Assembly: GCA_021812185.1 (NCBI GenBank)
Contig: JAKAON010000003.1
Span: forward strand, 1-45,312
Source of the DNA: Candidatus Micrarchaeota archaeon
Lineage (GTDB): Archaea; Micrarchaeota; Micrarchaeia; Micrarchaeales; CABMGC01
Length of the DNA: 45,312 nt
Direction of reading: 5' to 3'
Positions 19,142 through 28,178 of this stretch are shown in pieces. Below the pieces are notes generated by a model. The model was not told where the DNA came from, ran no database searches, and was given only the letters and a program-made list of their open reading frames with translations. The translations under genes were made by a program, and so were the position numbers. How positions within the stretch are numbered: the stretch's first letter is position 1; each line of letters opens with the position of its first letter.

Positions 19142-21058
19142 ATGGATGGTTTAAAAGATGCGGAAGAGTACAACGCATCGAAAATCATAGTGCTTGAAGG
19201 CCCCCAGGGGATAAGGAAGAGGCCTGCAATGTATATAGGTTCGACAGGATCCTATGGGGTGCTCCATTTACTCTACGAGGCTTTTGACAATGCGGTTGAT
19301 GAAGGCATTGCAGGCTACTGTAAAAATATAACAGTACACCTGACAAGCACAGATACCGGAGATGTTGCGGAAGTAACAGACGATGGAAGAGGGATACCAG
19401 TAGACATAATGCCAAAGCAAAACAAGCCGGCTTTAGAAGTAATAATGACTTCTTTGCATTCTGGAGGAAAATTCAACAACGACGCTTACAAGACATCTGG
19501 AGGGCTTCACGGGGTTGGTTTGACAGTAATAAATGCGCTTTCAGAGAATACAGAGGTAACGGTAAAAAAGAACGGATTTTTGTACAAACAAACCTTCAGC
19601 AAAGGCGCAGTTACATCGGAACTTGAAAGGATAGGTGAAACTACAGAGCACGGAACAACAATAAAATTCAAGCCGGATCCTGAAATATTCAACGTCTGCT
19701 CTTTCGAATCATCATCGATAAAAGACAGGATGAAATACACTAGTTTTTTGAACAAGGGACTGCGGCTTAAATTCATAGATGATAGATTTGGGACTCATGA
19801 AGAAGTCGATTATTATTCAGACAAGGGAATTATAGATTATCTAGAATACCTGAACCTAGAAAAAACCACCATAACTGAAAAAATGTATATGAAAAAGGAA
19901 GTTGAAGGGACAATTGTTGAAATAGCGCTGCAATACAATGCCACTTACGATGAGCGCCTCTCGTCTTTTGTAAATAATATACAGACAATGGAAGGAGGAG
20001 CGCACGTAATAGGTTTCCATTCTGCACTTACACGCGCAATACTTAATTACACTGGAAAGGGGAGGAATGATAAAAAAGATATTAAACCGACTGGGGAGGA
20101 TGTTAGAGAGGGACTTACAGTAATTATAAATATACTTATGCAAAATCCAGAGTTTGAAGGGCAAACCAAGGAAAAACTAGGAAGCACTAAAATAAAGAGC
20201 ATTGTTGAGACGGCAGCATACGCCTGGCTATCTAGATATCTTGAAGAACATCCTTCAGATGCGCGTGCGATATGGGACAAAGTAACCAATGCAGCTATGG
20301 CGAGAGAGAGTGCACGTAAGGCAAAGGAACTTGTGAGGAGAAAAAACGCTTTTGAAACTACAATATTGCCAGGAAAACTTTCTGATTGCACTGAAGAGGA
20401 TCCGGAAAGAGCGGAGATGTTTCTTGTTGAAGGACAGAGCGCAGGTGGATCAAGTAAGCAAGCAAGGGATAAAAAATATCAAGCCATACTACCGTTAAGA
20501 GGAAAAATATTGAATGTCGAAAAAGCCAATGATGACAAAATATTCCAAAATGAGGAAATAAGGAACATGATAACTGCGATAGGCGCAGGGGTAAGGGAGA
20601 GTTTTGATCCTGATAAGGTCAGATACAAAAAAATTATAATAATGAGCGATGCTGACGTTGACGGAAGCCATATTGCAACATTGATACTCACTTTCTTTTA
20701 CAGATTCATGAAGAAGGCTATAGAAAGAGGCTACATATATGTCGCACTCCCGCCACTTTACAAGGTCACTAAAGGTAAAGAGATAAGATATGCATATAAC
20801 GACGCTGAATTGGAAAATTTGATAAAGGAATTAGGCAACAAAGTCGGAATCCAAAGATACAAGGGTCTTGGAGAGATGAATCCCGAACAACTTTGGGAAA
20901 CTACAATGGACCCTGCAAGGAGGGTGCTCAAGAGAGTAAACATAAAGGATGCTGAAAGGGTCGAAAAACTCTTTGTTGTACTTATGGGGGTGAATGTTGC
21001 AGATAGAAAGAGGTTCTTGGAAGAGCATTCACATGAAGTGAAGTTCCTAGATATATAG
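19142..21058 (+). CDS. gyrB: DNA gyrase subunit B
   Basis: IRKRPAMYIG, GGLHGVG, EGQSAGG, PLRGKILN, DADVDG and QRYKGLGEM motifs. Confidence 0.96.
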   Translation: MDGLKDAEEYNASKIIVLEGPQGIRKRPAMYIGSTGSYGVLHLLYEAFDNAVDEGIAGYCKNITVHLTSTDTGDVAEVTDDGRGIPVDIMPKQNKPALEVIMTSLHSGGKFNNDAYKTSGGLHGVGLTVINALSENTEVTVKKNGFLYKQTFSKGAVTSELERIGETTEHGTTIKFKPDPEIFNVCSFESSSIKDRMKYTSFLNKGLRLKFIDDRFGTHEEVDYYSDKGIIDYLEYLNLEKTTITEKMYMKKEVEGTIVEIALQYNATYDERLSSFVNNIQTMEGGAHVIGFHSALTRAILNYTGKGRNDKKDIKPTGEDVREGLTVIINILMQNPEFEGQTKEKLGSTKIKSIVETAAYAWLSRYLEEHPSDARAIWDKVTNAAMARESARKAKELVRRKNAFETTILPGKLSDCTEEDPERAEMFLVEGQSAGGSSKQARDKKYQAILPLRGKILNVEKANDDKIFQNEEIRNMITAIGAGVRESFDPDKVRYKKIIIMSDADVDGSHIATLILTFFYRFMKKAIERGYIYVALPPLYKVTKGKEIRYAYNDAELENLIKELGNKVGIQRYKGLGEMNPEQLWETTMDPARRVLKRVNIKDAERVEKLFVVLMGVNVADRKRFLEEHSHEVKFLDI

Positions 21059-21066
21059 TTGGTTTG

Positions 21067-23502
21067 ATGGACAAGATATTCGAGACACCATTGGAAGAAG
21101 AACTTCAGACCAGTTATGTTGATTATGCAATGAGTGTCATTATTGGAAGGGCTATCCCAGATGCGAGGGACGGACTTAAACCCGTCCAAAGAAGGATATT
21201 ATACGGGATGTATAATCTTAGCAATACGCACGACCAGCCTACGAAAAAGAGTGCAAGGATAGTTGGAGAAGTTATGGGTAAATTGCACCCTCACGGAGAT
21301 ATGGCGATATATGATGCACTTGTGAGGATGGCACAGCCTTTCTCCCTCAACCACACTTTTGTAGAAGGACAGGGAAATTTCGGTTCTGTAGATGGAGATC
21401 CACCTGCACATATGAGATACACTGAAGTGCGCCTTACCAAGATAGCCGAAAACATGTTGGATGACCTTGAAAAAGACACTGTAAATTTCCTGCCTAATTT
21501 TGACAATACAGAAAAGGAACCAGCTATACTTCCGGCAATGATACCTAATTTATTAGTGAATGGGGCTTCGGGGATAGCAGTCGGTGTAGCAACCAGCATG
21601 CCACCGCATAATTTAGGGGAAGTGTGTGACGGGATAATAAAGATGTTAGAAAATGGAGACGTCACATCTGATGAAATGACAAACATCATCAAAGGGCCAG
21701 ATTTCCCGACAGGAGGCACTGTGATGATGTCCACCAACGCATATAATGGATATAAATATGGCAGGGGACAGGTCACGATAAAAGCTACAATAGAAGTAGA
21801 TGCTAAAAAGAATAGATTGACAATTACAGAGATACCTTACAACTCCAACAAATCCTCAATAATTGAAAATATAGCGCAATTAGTCAGGGATAAAAAATTA
21901 GTTGGGATATCTGATTTGCGTGATGAGAGCGACAAAGAAGGCATATCGATAGTTGTAGATCTTAAGAAGGACGTAAATCCAGACAGTGTTATAAATGGAC
22001 TTTATAAGCACACTCAGCTTGAAGTTACGTTCCCAATAATAAATCTTGCAGTGGTCGGAAATAATCTAAGGACTTTCAACGTCCTTCAATTACTTAAGAC
22101 ATTTCTTGATCATAGGAGAGACGTTATAAGGAAAAGGAGCACGTTCGAACTTAATGTTGCGAAAGATAGGCTTCATATCGTAGAAGGATTGCGTATAACG
22201 ATAGATAAAATAGAGGAAGTAGTAAAGCTCATTAGGAATAGCGATGAGGCAAAGGGCGCAAGAGAGGCGTTGATGAGAACATATACGCTTAGTGAAAAGC
22301 AAGCGAATGCAATACTGGACATGAAGCTTTCCAAACTCACCCATCTTGAGGCAGAAACGCTTGATAAAGAAGGTTTGGAACTTAAAACCAAGATAATACA
22401 CTTTACAGGGATATTACAAGACCCGAAGAAAGTAGATGATATAATAAAAGTAGAAACACTTGCGATAAAGAAAGCGTACGCAAGGGATAGAGTAACAAAA
22501 ATCATTAAAGGCGAGGACAGCGAAGATATTCTGGAAGAAGATATGATAAGCAATGAAATGGAGACCATAATACTTACGAGTTTAGGATACGTAAAAAGAC
22601 TTGATCCAAGCAATTATAAGGAACAGGGCAGGGGCGGAAGGGGAGTTATAGTAATCAATCTTAAAGAGAAGGATTTTGTAAAACAGATACTTACTGGATT
22701 CACCAAAGATTATTTGATATGTATATCTGACAAGGGGCAGGCATACTGGCTGAAAATATACAAGATACCTGAAGGGAGCAGATACGCAGAAGGGAAGGCG
22801 ATAGTTAACCTACTCGACATAAAAGATGAAAAAATAATAACGCTTTTTGGAATAAAAGATTTCCAGCACTCGCAGCTATTATTCATGACTAAGAAAGGGC
22901 TTATAAAGAAAGTGCACGCGAGCTTGTTTTCCAAGCCGAGATCAAATGGTATACGTGCAATAACCATAAACAAAGACGACGAGGTAGTGAATGCCACCAC
23001 TTACACTAACGACAAATATGTGCTGATATTTACCAAGAAAGGCAAGGCGATAAAATTCGAGGAATCTGACCTTAGATTCATAGGTAGGACGGCAATGGGA
23101 GTACGCGGAATAAGGTTGAAAAACGGAGATGTCGCAGAAGGAATAATAGCGGGAGATAATGCAGGGTATGTGCTCACGGTTACTGAAAGAGGATTTGGAA
23201 AGCTTACAGATATAGGCAAATATAGGTTGCAAAGGAGAGGAGGCGGAGGTATAATAAACGTAAAAATAAGCGATAAAACAGGGGATGTTGCAAAAGTTTT
23301 GTTCATACCTGGAGGGAGTTTGGAGAATAAGAACGCTGTTCTTGTAAATTCGCAAGGTGTTGCTATAACCATACCCCTTAACTCAGTTAGGATAACAGGA
23401 AGGGCTGCAAAAGGAGTACATCTTATGAAGCTTGAATCAGGGGCCAGAATAGTTGATGTGAGGATTATAGACAAATTAGATGCAGCAGAACATGTTTTGT
23501 AG
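21067..23502 (+). CDS. gyrA: DNA gyrase subunit A
   Basis: DGLKPVQRR, HPHGD, MRYT catalytic Tyr, GyrA box QGRGGRG and pinwheel repeats. Confidence 0.96.
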   Translation: MDKIFETPLEEELQTSYVDYAMSVIIGRAIPDARDGLKPVQRRILYGMYNLSNTHDQPTKKSARIVGEVMGKLHPHGDMAIYDALVRMAQPFSLNHTFVEGQGNFGSVDGDPPAHMRYTEVRLTKIAENMLDDLEKDTVNFLPNFDNTEKEPAILPAMIPNLLVNGASGIAVGVATSMPPHNLGEVCDGIIKMLENGDVTSDEMTNIIKGPDFPTGGTVMMSTNAYNGYKYGRGQVTIKATIEVDAKKNRLTITEIPYNSNKSSIIENIAQLVRDKKLVGISDLRDESDKEGISIVVDLKKDVNPDSVINGLYKHTQLEVTFPIINLAVVGNNLRTFNVLQLLKTFLDHRRDVIRKRSTFELNVAKDRLHIVEGLRITIDKIEEVVKLIRNSDEAKGAREALMRTYTLSEKQANAILDMKLSKLTHLEAETLDKEGLELKTKIIHFTGILQDPKKVDDIIKVETLAIKKAYARDRVTKIIKGEDSEDILEEDMISNEMETIILTSLGYVKRLDPSNYKEQGRGGRGVIVINLKEKDFVKQILTGFTKDYLICISDKGQAYWLKIYKIPEGSRYAEGKAIVNLLDIKDEKIITLFGIKDFQHSQLLFMTKKGLIKKVHASLFSKPRSNGIRAITINKDDEVVNATTYTNDKYVLIFTKKGKAIKFEESDLRFIGRTAMGVRGIRLKNGDVAEGIIAGDNAGYVLTVTERGFGKLTDIGKYRLQRRGGGGIINVKISDKTGDVAKVLFIPGGSLENKNAVLVNSQGVAITIPLNSVRITGRAAKGVHLMKLESGARIVDVRIIDKLDAAEHVL

Positions 23503-23595
23503 ATGTGACGGATATTTGTGTTATTTAATAGATGAATTGGCAGATAGGTATATATTCAATGGAAGTGTAATTTGACTATGGGTAAGGCGGTAAAT

Positions 23596-24345
23596 ATGGC
23601 ATCAAAAAAACATACTAATAAATCACCACAGAAGATGAAATTAAAGAGTGGATCGAAGAGCGCAAAGCCAAAAAGAGCATTCAAGCCAAACCTTAAAGTA
23701 AGCAAACAAGTTAAAAAAACACACGCACCGAAGGCCAGCACATCAACTAAGATTGCTGCAATGACACATAAAAAAATAAAAAATATCCAGGTAAAAACAT
23801 CTGTGAAAAAGGCAGATAAGCCAAGAAAGTCAAAAAAGAACGATGTTTCTCTAAAAATATTGACCCCAGAGATGGTAGAATCTCTTAAGAAAGATGTGGT
23901 TTTTACAGAATATGTGAATGGTAAGATAGGAAAAAGGGCAAACGAGATAATACTTTCCCTTGCATCGCCAATGACAGATGAAGCACTTGCAGAAAAATTA
24001 GAAATGAAAATAAATGATACCCGAAGAGTATTGAATATGTTAAATACGGACGGTGTGGCGAGATACATAGTCAATAAGAACAATAAAGGGTGGCTGACTT
24101 TCAAATGGTATATAGACGAAGAGAACCTAAAGAAAATGAGGGGGGAGATCGTCATAAAAGCCGTAACGAACAACACCATACTTCCAGATAATTGCAATGA
24201 TTTTTATATCTGCACAAAATGCTATGACAAGGCAAAATTAGTGTATCCGTTCGAAGTAGGATATGAGATGAACTTTAAGTGTGGAGAATGTGGTTCTTTC
24301 TTTGCAAGAAAAAGTAAAGAAGATATAGAAAGTATGTTGTTTTGA
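23596..24345 (+). CDS. tfe: Transcription factor E (TFE alpha) with Lys-rich N-terminal extension
   Basis: TDEALAEKLEMKINDTRRVLNML wHTH, GWLTFKW, Zn ribbon CTKC..FKCGECG; start uncertain (23572/23578/23596). Confidence 0.85.
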   Translation: MASKKHTNKSPQKMKLKSGSKSAKPKRAFKPNLKVSKQVKKTHAPKASTSTKIAAMTHKKIKNIQVKTSVKKADKPRKSKKNDVSLKILTPEMVESLKKDVVFTEYVNGKIGKRANEIILSLASPMTDEALAEKLEMKINDTRRVLNMLNTDGVARYIVNKNNKGWLTFKWYIDEENLKKMRGEIVIKAVTNNTILPDNCNDFYICTKCYDKAKLVYPFEVGYEMNFKCGECGSFFARKSKEDIESMLF

Positions 24346-24409
24346 TGATTTGAATATTGTTTTTTATTCAATAACCATTTTATTTGTTCTTATTCTAATA
24401 CACAAATAC

Positions 24410-24484
24410 AGCGAGGTAGGGTAGCCTGGAGTGCCCGCCGGGCTCATAACCCGGAGATCGGAGGTCCAAATCCTCCTCTCGCTA
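24410..24484 (+). tRNA. Initiator tRNA-Met(CAU)
   Basis: A1-U72 pair, anticodon arm CCGGG-CTCATAA-CCCGG with three consecutive G-C pairs. Confidence 0.93.
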
Positions 24485-24515
24485 TTCTTATTATAAAAAT
24501 TCAAAACAACCTTCC

Positions 24516-24628
24516 ACAGTACATTTCCACTATTATTTTTCAAAATCAGCGTTTTTGATATAACACTGTTATAAAAGTTATATTTTTATATATTATATAT
24601 AAGAGCAAGAATAGTGGAACTGTAGTGT
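24516..24628. repeat. 19-bp inverted repeat (17/19) flanking an AT-rich spacer; candidate replication origin or terminus element
   Basis: ACAGTACATTTCCACTATT (24516-24534) versus AATAGTGGAACTGTAGTGT (24610-24628). Confidence 0.6.
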
Positions 24629-24743
24629 CCTTTGTCTTTTTGTCGACTATTTTTTGTTTTTTTAAAAATGTTTTTAAAAGTAAACGTATTTCGAGACAAC
24701 CCTTATTAATCTTGCTTTACAATTATTGTTTAAGGTGTTGTGG

Positions 24744-25235
24744 ATGTCTGATTCTGTGAATTTTGATTTGTTATTCGACGTTTTCCAAGAAGAGAAAAAG
24801 AAAGGAGACATCCAGCCTCTTGCAAAAGACTTTTATATAGACGCGCTAGAATATATTAAGAAGCTAGAACAGGGCGGAAACGGATCTGTAGAGACAATAA
24901 AAAAAATAGAGAATTTCAAAAAGCTTCTCGTAGGTCTCAAGGAAAGGAGAAGGCAAAAGTTGCTTATATATTTGGCATACAACAAATCTCTCCCGGAAAA
25001 GATACCATTCGACGATGAGCAACTCTACATAAAATTGAAAAACACACTAAATGAGCAAAATTCAGGAGAGATAAAACTGTTGAAACTCAAAATAAATTCA
25101 GATATACCTCAAATAATAACGCCAAACGGAAGTAAACTCGGGCCTTTTAACCAGAACCAGATAATAGAAGTAAACAATCATGTTGATCTGGAATTTTTGA
25201 TAAACAATAAAGTTGGAGAAATAATACAAGTGTGA
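24744..25235 (+). CDS. DNA replication complex GINS protein (Gins51-like)
   Basis: EKKKGDIQPLAKDFY, RRQKL and C-terminal B-domain (GSKLGPF); conserved position upstream of rpl44e. Confidence 0.8.
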   Translation: MSDSVNFDLLFDVFQEEKKKGDIQPLAKDFYIDALEYIKKLEQGGNGSVETIKKIENFKKLLVGLKERRRQKLLIYLAYNKSLPEKIPFDDEQLYIKLKNTLNEQNSGEIKLLKLKINSDIPQIITPNGSKLGPFNQNQIIEVNNHVDLEFLINNKVGEIIQV

Positions 25236-25239
25236 TGAA

Positions 25240-25521
25240 ATGAAATTGAAAAAAGAGATAATGACATACTGCAAGACATGCAACAAACATACTAAGCACA
25301 ATGCCAATAACTATTCAAAAAAACCCGAAAGATGGATGAATGTGGGTAAAAGAAGGCACGAGCGCGCAATTAAGGGATACGTAGGAAGCGTAGAACCTAA
25401 AGTCCACCCAAAGAAACTAGGTAAAAAACAAAAAGCAATACTCACGTGCACTGTGTGCAAAAAGTCATCTGAAAGAGTATTTGGGAGGAGAACAAAGAAG
25501 AAAATAGAAATAAAGCGCTGA
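25240..25521 (+). CDS. rpl44e: Ribosomal protein eL42 (L44e)
   Basis: TYCKTCNKHTKH and LTCTVCKK Zn finger; basic. Confidence 0.95.
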   Translation: MKLKKEIMTYCKTCNKHTKHNANNYSKKPERWMNVGKRRHERAIKGYVGSVEPKVHPKKLGKKQKAILTCTVCKKSSERVFGRRTKKKIEIKR

Positions 25522-25526
25522 TCTTA

Positions 25527-26297
25527 ATGATAATTAAAAAAAATCTCCCTTCTAATGGAGAGCTAGTCTTCATAAAAATAAAAAAAGTCACGCATTTTGG
25601 CGCATATTGCGAACTCCCAGAGTACAATAACATGGATGTATACCTTCCAATAAGGGAGGTAGCTTCAGGCTGGATAAAGAACATACACGAATTCATAAAA
25701 GACGGCCAAAAAGACGTAGCCAAAGTAACATTCGTAGATTCTGTAAAAAACGCCATAGACATATCTCTTAAGAAAGTGCGTGCTAAAGAGAAGAAAGACA
25801 AAATAAATCAATTCAACCTTGAAAATAGGGCCGAAGGCTTCTTTAAGCAGGCAATAACGGCTTCCCATTCAGAAGGCAAGGAAGAGGAGATAAAATCAAT
25901 ACTATCCAAAAAATACACCAATTACTCGGATATAATAGATGACGTTGCAGACAAGAAGGAAACGCTCAAAGACCTTGGGCTTGAAAACGCTTTCTTGGAA
26001 GCGTTTTTGGACATAATAAGCAAAAATGTCAAGCCTAAAGTGTACATGGTGTCATACATCGCGCAGTTCCAGACATACGACACCAAATCAGGCATCCAAA
26101 TCATAAAAAAAGTTTTCGATGAGATCCAGAAGCTCGGTGTAAAAATAACATATCTTGGGGCTCCAAACTACTCGTTAATATCTGAAGATTCAAGCTATCC
26201 TAAGGCGGAAGATAGGATAAAGAAAGCACAGATCATAATGGAGAAATATGTAAAATCCAATACGGGCACTTTCGCTCTTAAAAAAGAAAAGGATTAA
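25527..26297 (+). CDS. eif2a: Translation initiation factor aIF2 alpha
   Basis: S1 domain (GAYCELPEY, EVASGWIKNI, IDISLKKV); YLGAPNY. Confidence 0.95.
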   Translation: MIIKKNLPSNGELVFIKIKKVTHFGAYCELPEYNNMDVYLPIREVASGWIKNIHEFIKDGQKDVAKVTFVDSVKNAIDISLKKVRAKEKKDKINQFNLENRAEGFFKQAITASHSEGKEEEIKSILSKKYTNYSDIIDDVADKKETLKDLGLENAFLEAFLDIISKNVKPKVYMVSYIAQFQTYDTKSGIQIIKKVFDEIQKLGVKITYLGAPNYSLISEDSSYPKAEDRIKKAQIIMEKYVKSNTGTFALKKEKD

Positions 26298-26299
26298 AG

Positions 26300-27073
26300 A
26301 TGGAAAAATCAGTAATTTATCACAACAAAAAGCTAAAATTCAAGGATCCTATATTGATTGTCGGTCTCCCAGGGATCGGGAATGTAGGAAGCCTTGTAGG
26401 GCAGCATCTCAAATCAGAGTTAAAGGCAAAGAAATTTGCAACACTCTATTCCCCTCATTTTCCACACCAGGTCATAATGCTACCAAGCGGGAAAATACGC
26501 ATTGTGAACAACAGGTTTTACCATGTACCTATGTCAAAAGGCAAGAAACTTAAAAACGACATAATAATACTTGTGGGAGATTTCCAGGCGATGACTTCAG
26601 AGGGCCAATACGAGATCAATGATAAGATCGTGAGGTTCTTCAAGAAGTTGGGAGGTAAGACGATATACACCATAGGTGGGTATAACACATCGAAGAACTA
26701 CATACAAAATCCAAAGGTTTTCGGTGTTGCCACAAACCAGAAAGTAATAAACAAGCTAAAAACCAAAGGGATAATATTCGGGCAGGCAGCAGGGATGATA
26801 TTCGGATCTGCAGGATTGATAGTCGCGTTTGCAAAGAAGCATGGAATGGATGCGGCATGCATTATGGGAGAAACAGGGTTTTTGGACATAGACGCCAATT
26901 CCGCAAAAGCTGTACTTGAAGTACTGACAAAATTACTTGACATAGAAGTAAACCTGGATGACATCGACAACATAAGGAAAGAGACGAACAAGATGCTTAA
27001 AACACTTGAAGAAGCGTCCAAGAACCCGGAAATGGCGGGTGGCGCTAAGGAGAACTTTACATATATACGATAG
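26300..27073 (+). CDS. PAC2 family proteasome assembly chaperone
   Basis: GLPGIGNVG, YSPHFPHQV, IYTIGGY and CIMGET motifs. Confidence 0.92.
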   Translation: MEKSVIYHNKKLKFKDPILIVGLPGIGNVGSLVGQHLKSELKAKKFATLYSPHFPHQVIMLPSGKIRIVNNRFYHVPMSKGKKLKNDIIILVGDFQAMTSEGQYEINDKIVRFFKKLGGKTIYTIGGYNTSKNYIQNPKVFGVATNQKVINKLKTKGIIFGQAAGMIFGSAGLIVAFAKKHGMDAACIMGETGFLDIDANSAKAVLEVLTKLLDIEVNLDDIDNIRKETNKMLKTLEEASKNPEMAGGAKENFTYIR

Positions 27074-27143
27074 TCCAATTTGGCAATACGCCATATCCTG
27101 GCAATGTTTTTAAAATTTAGGCAGTTAGATTATTATCTAAAAT

Positions 27144-27216
27144 GCGCTTGTAGTCTAGCCTGGTAGGACTTTGCCTTCCCAAGGCAAAAGCCCGGGTTCA
27201 AATCCCGGCGGGCGCA
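27144..27216 (+). tRNA. tRNA-Gly(CCC)
   Basis: Acceptor stem GCGCTTG/CGGGCGC; anticodon arm TTGCC-TTCCCAA-GGCAA. Confidence 0.94.
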
Positions 27217-27228
27217 CATTTTCAAGCA

Positions 27229-27924
27229 TCATATATGGATAAGGACGAGCATACATAGCAGGCACCCTGCCAATCCTCCCATCAAGTTAGATGTGAATTT
27301 ATTGCCTACTCCCTTCTCCTCGAAATATCCAAACACAGAATCAACGAGCGTGCCCACTAGTCCGGATATGATAACTATCGTCATATAAAATGGGTAATTC
27401 CCATAGCCAACTAGCATAAGGCTTATCAAAGCTGCCCCTACCACACCTGCAAGCACGCCCATCAATGTAACTCCCCCAGACACTCCTATTTTAGATGGTT
27501 TTAGCGTGAGGAGCGTAATAGGCCTAGATCTGCCAAGGACACCGAGCTCGCTGCCGAACTTATCCGCAGCTACGGCTGCCACGCTTGCCACATAAGACAC
27601 AACGAGTATGGCAGGAGATATGAAGTGGCTGCCTTGATCAAATGCGTATAAAGCAACAACAACTAGAGGTATTAGCCCGTTAGCCACGACATTGCGCCAT
27701 CCACGCGCCTCCTGGTATAATTTTAGCTTCATTTTCCTTTCCTTGCCTGTTACTGTGACGATGGTTGATATCACAAGGAACCAGATCATCCCGGCAAGGA
27801 AGAATATACCCATGCTCCCTCCCAAATAGAGCAGCAGTGCGCCCAAGCAAACAGCAAATACTATTCCAAGTCTATCTAACGTAAGCAAAGCATCACTTTG
27901 TTCCAATTTTATGAAAACTTCCAC
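27229..27924 (-). CDS. DUF92/TMEM19 membrane protein
   Basis: RGWRNVVANG, ADKFGSELG, GVSGGVT and DSVFG motifs. Confidence 0.9.
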   Translation of the reverse strand: MEVFIKLEQSDALLTLDRLGIVFAVCLGALLLYLGGSMGIFFLAGMIWFLVISTIVTVTGKERKMKLKLYQEARGWRNVVANGLIPLVVVALYAFDQGSHFISPAILVVSYVASVAAVAADKFGSELGVLGRSRPITLLTLKPSKIGVSGGVTLMGVLAGVVGAALISLMLVGYGNYPFYMTIVIISGLVGTLVDSVFGYFEEKGVGNKFTSNLMGGLAGCLLCMLVLIHI

Positions 27925-27982
27925 TAATAACGAGGTTTTTTAAATATGGTCAAATTAAGTATTATTACGAATTCTCTACTGT

Positions 27983-28040
27983 AGGAAGAGTTAAAAAAAC
28001 TGGTCGCCTTGCCAGCACATTCGTGTGCTGGTCTCTTCCT
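27983..28040. ncRNA. Candidate structured RNA element
   Basis: Outer stem AGGAAGAG/CTCTTCCT enclosing hairpin CCAGCACA-TTCG-TGTGCTGG. Confidence 0.4.
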
Positions 28041-28062
28041 TATATTATATAATATTACTATT

Positions 28063-28088
28063 AATCCAAAGATTCAATCCAAAGATTC
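28063..28088 (+). repeat. Perfect tandem 13-mer (AATCCAAAGATTC)x2 upstream of radA
   Basis: Read directly at 28063-28075 and 28076-28088. Confidence 0.85.
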
Positions 28089-28178
28089 TGTCATATTTTA
28101 CCATTACCTAATCATTTACTTTGTTTGAAAGGGTTTATATTTATTCTATCCCATAATAATACAACGGGGTTTCTATTT

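Noticed and set aside
23556-24197. 213-aa minus-strand hydrophobic ORF
   Set aside because: Antisense shadow of the Lys-rich tfe gene
28063-28088. CRISPR array
   Set aside because: Only two adjacent 13-mers with no spacers; no cas operon in the window
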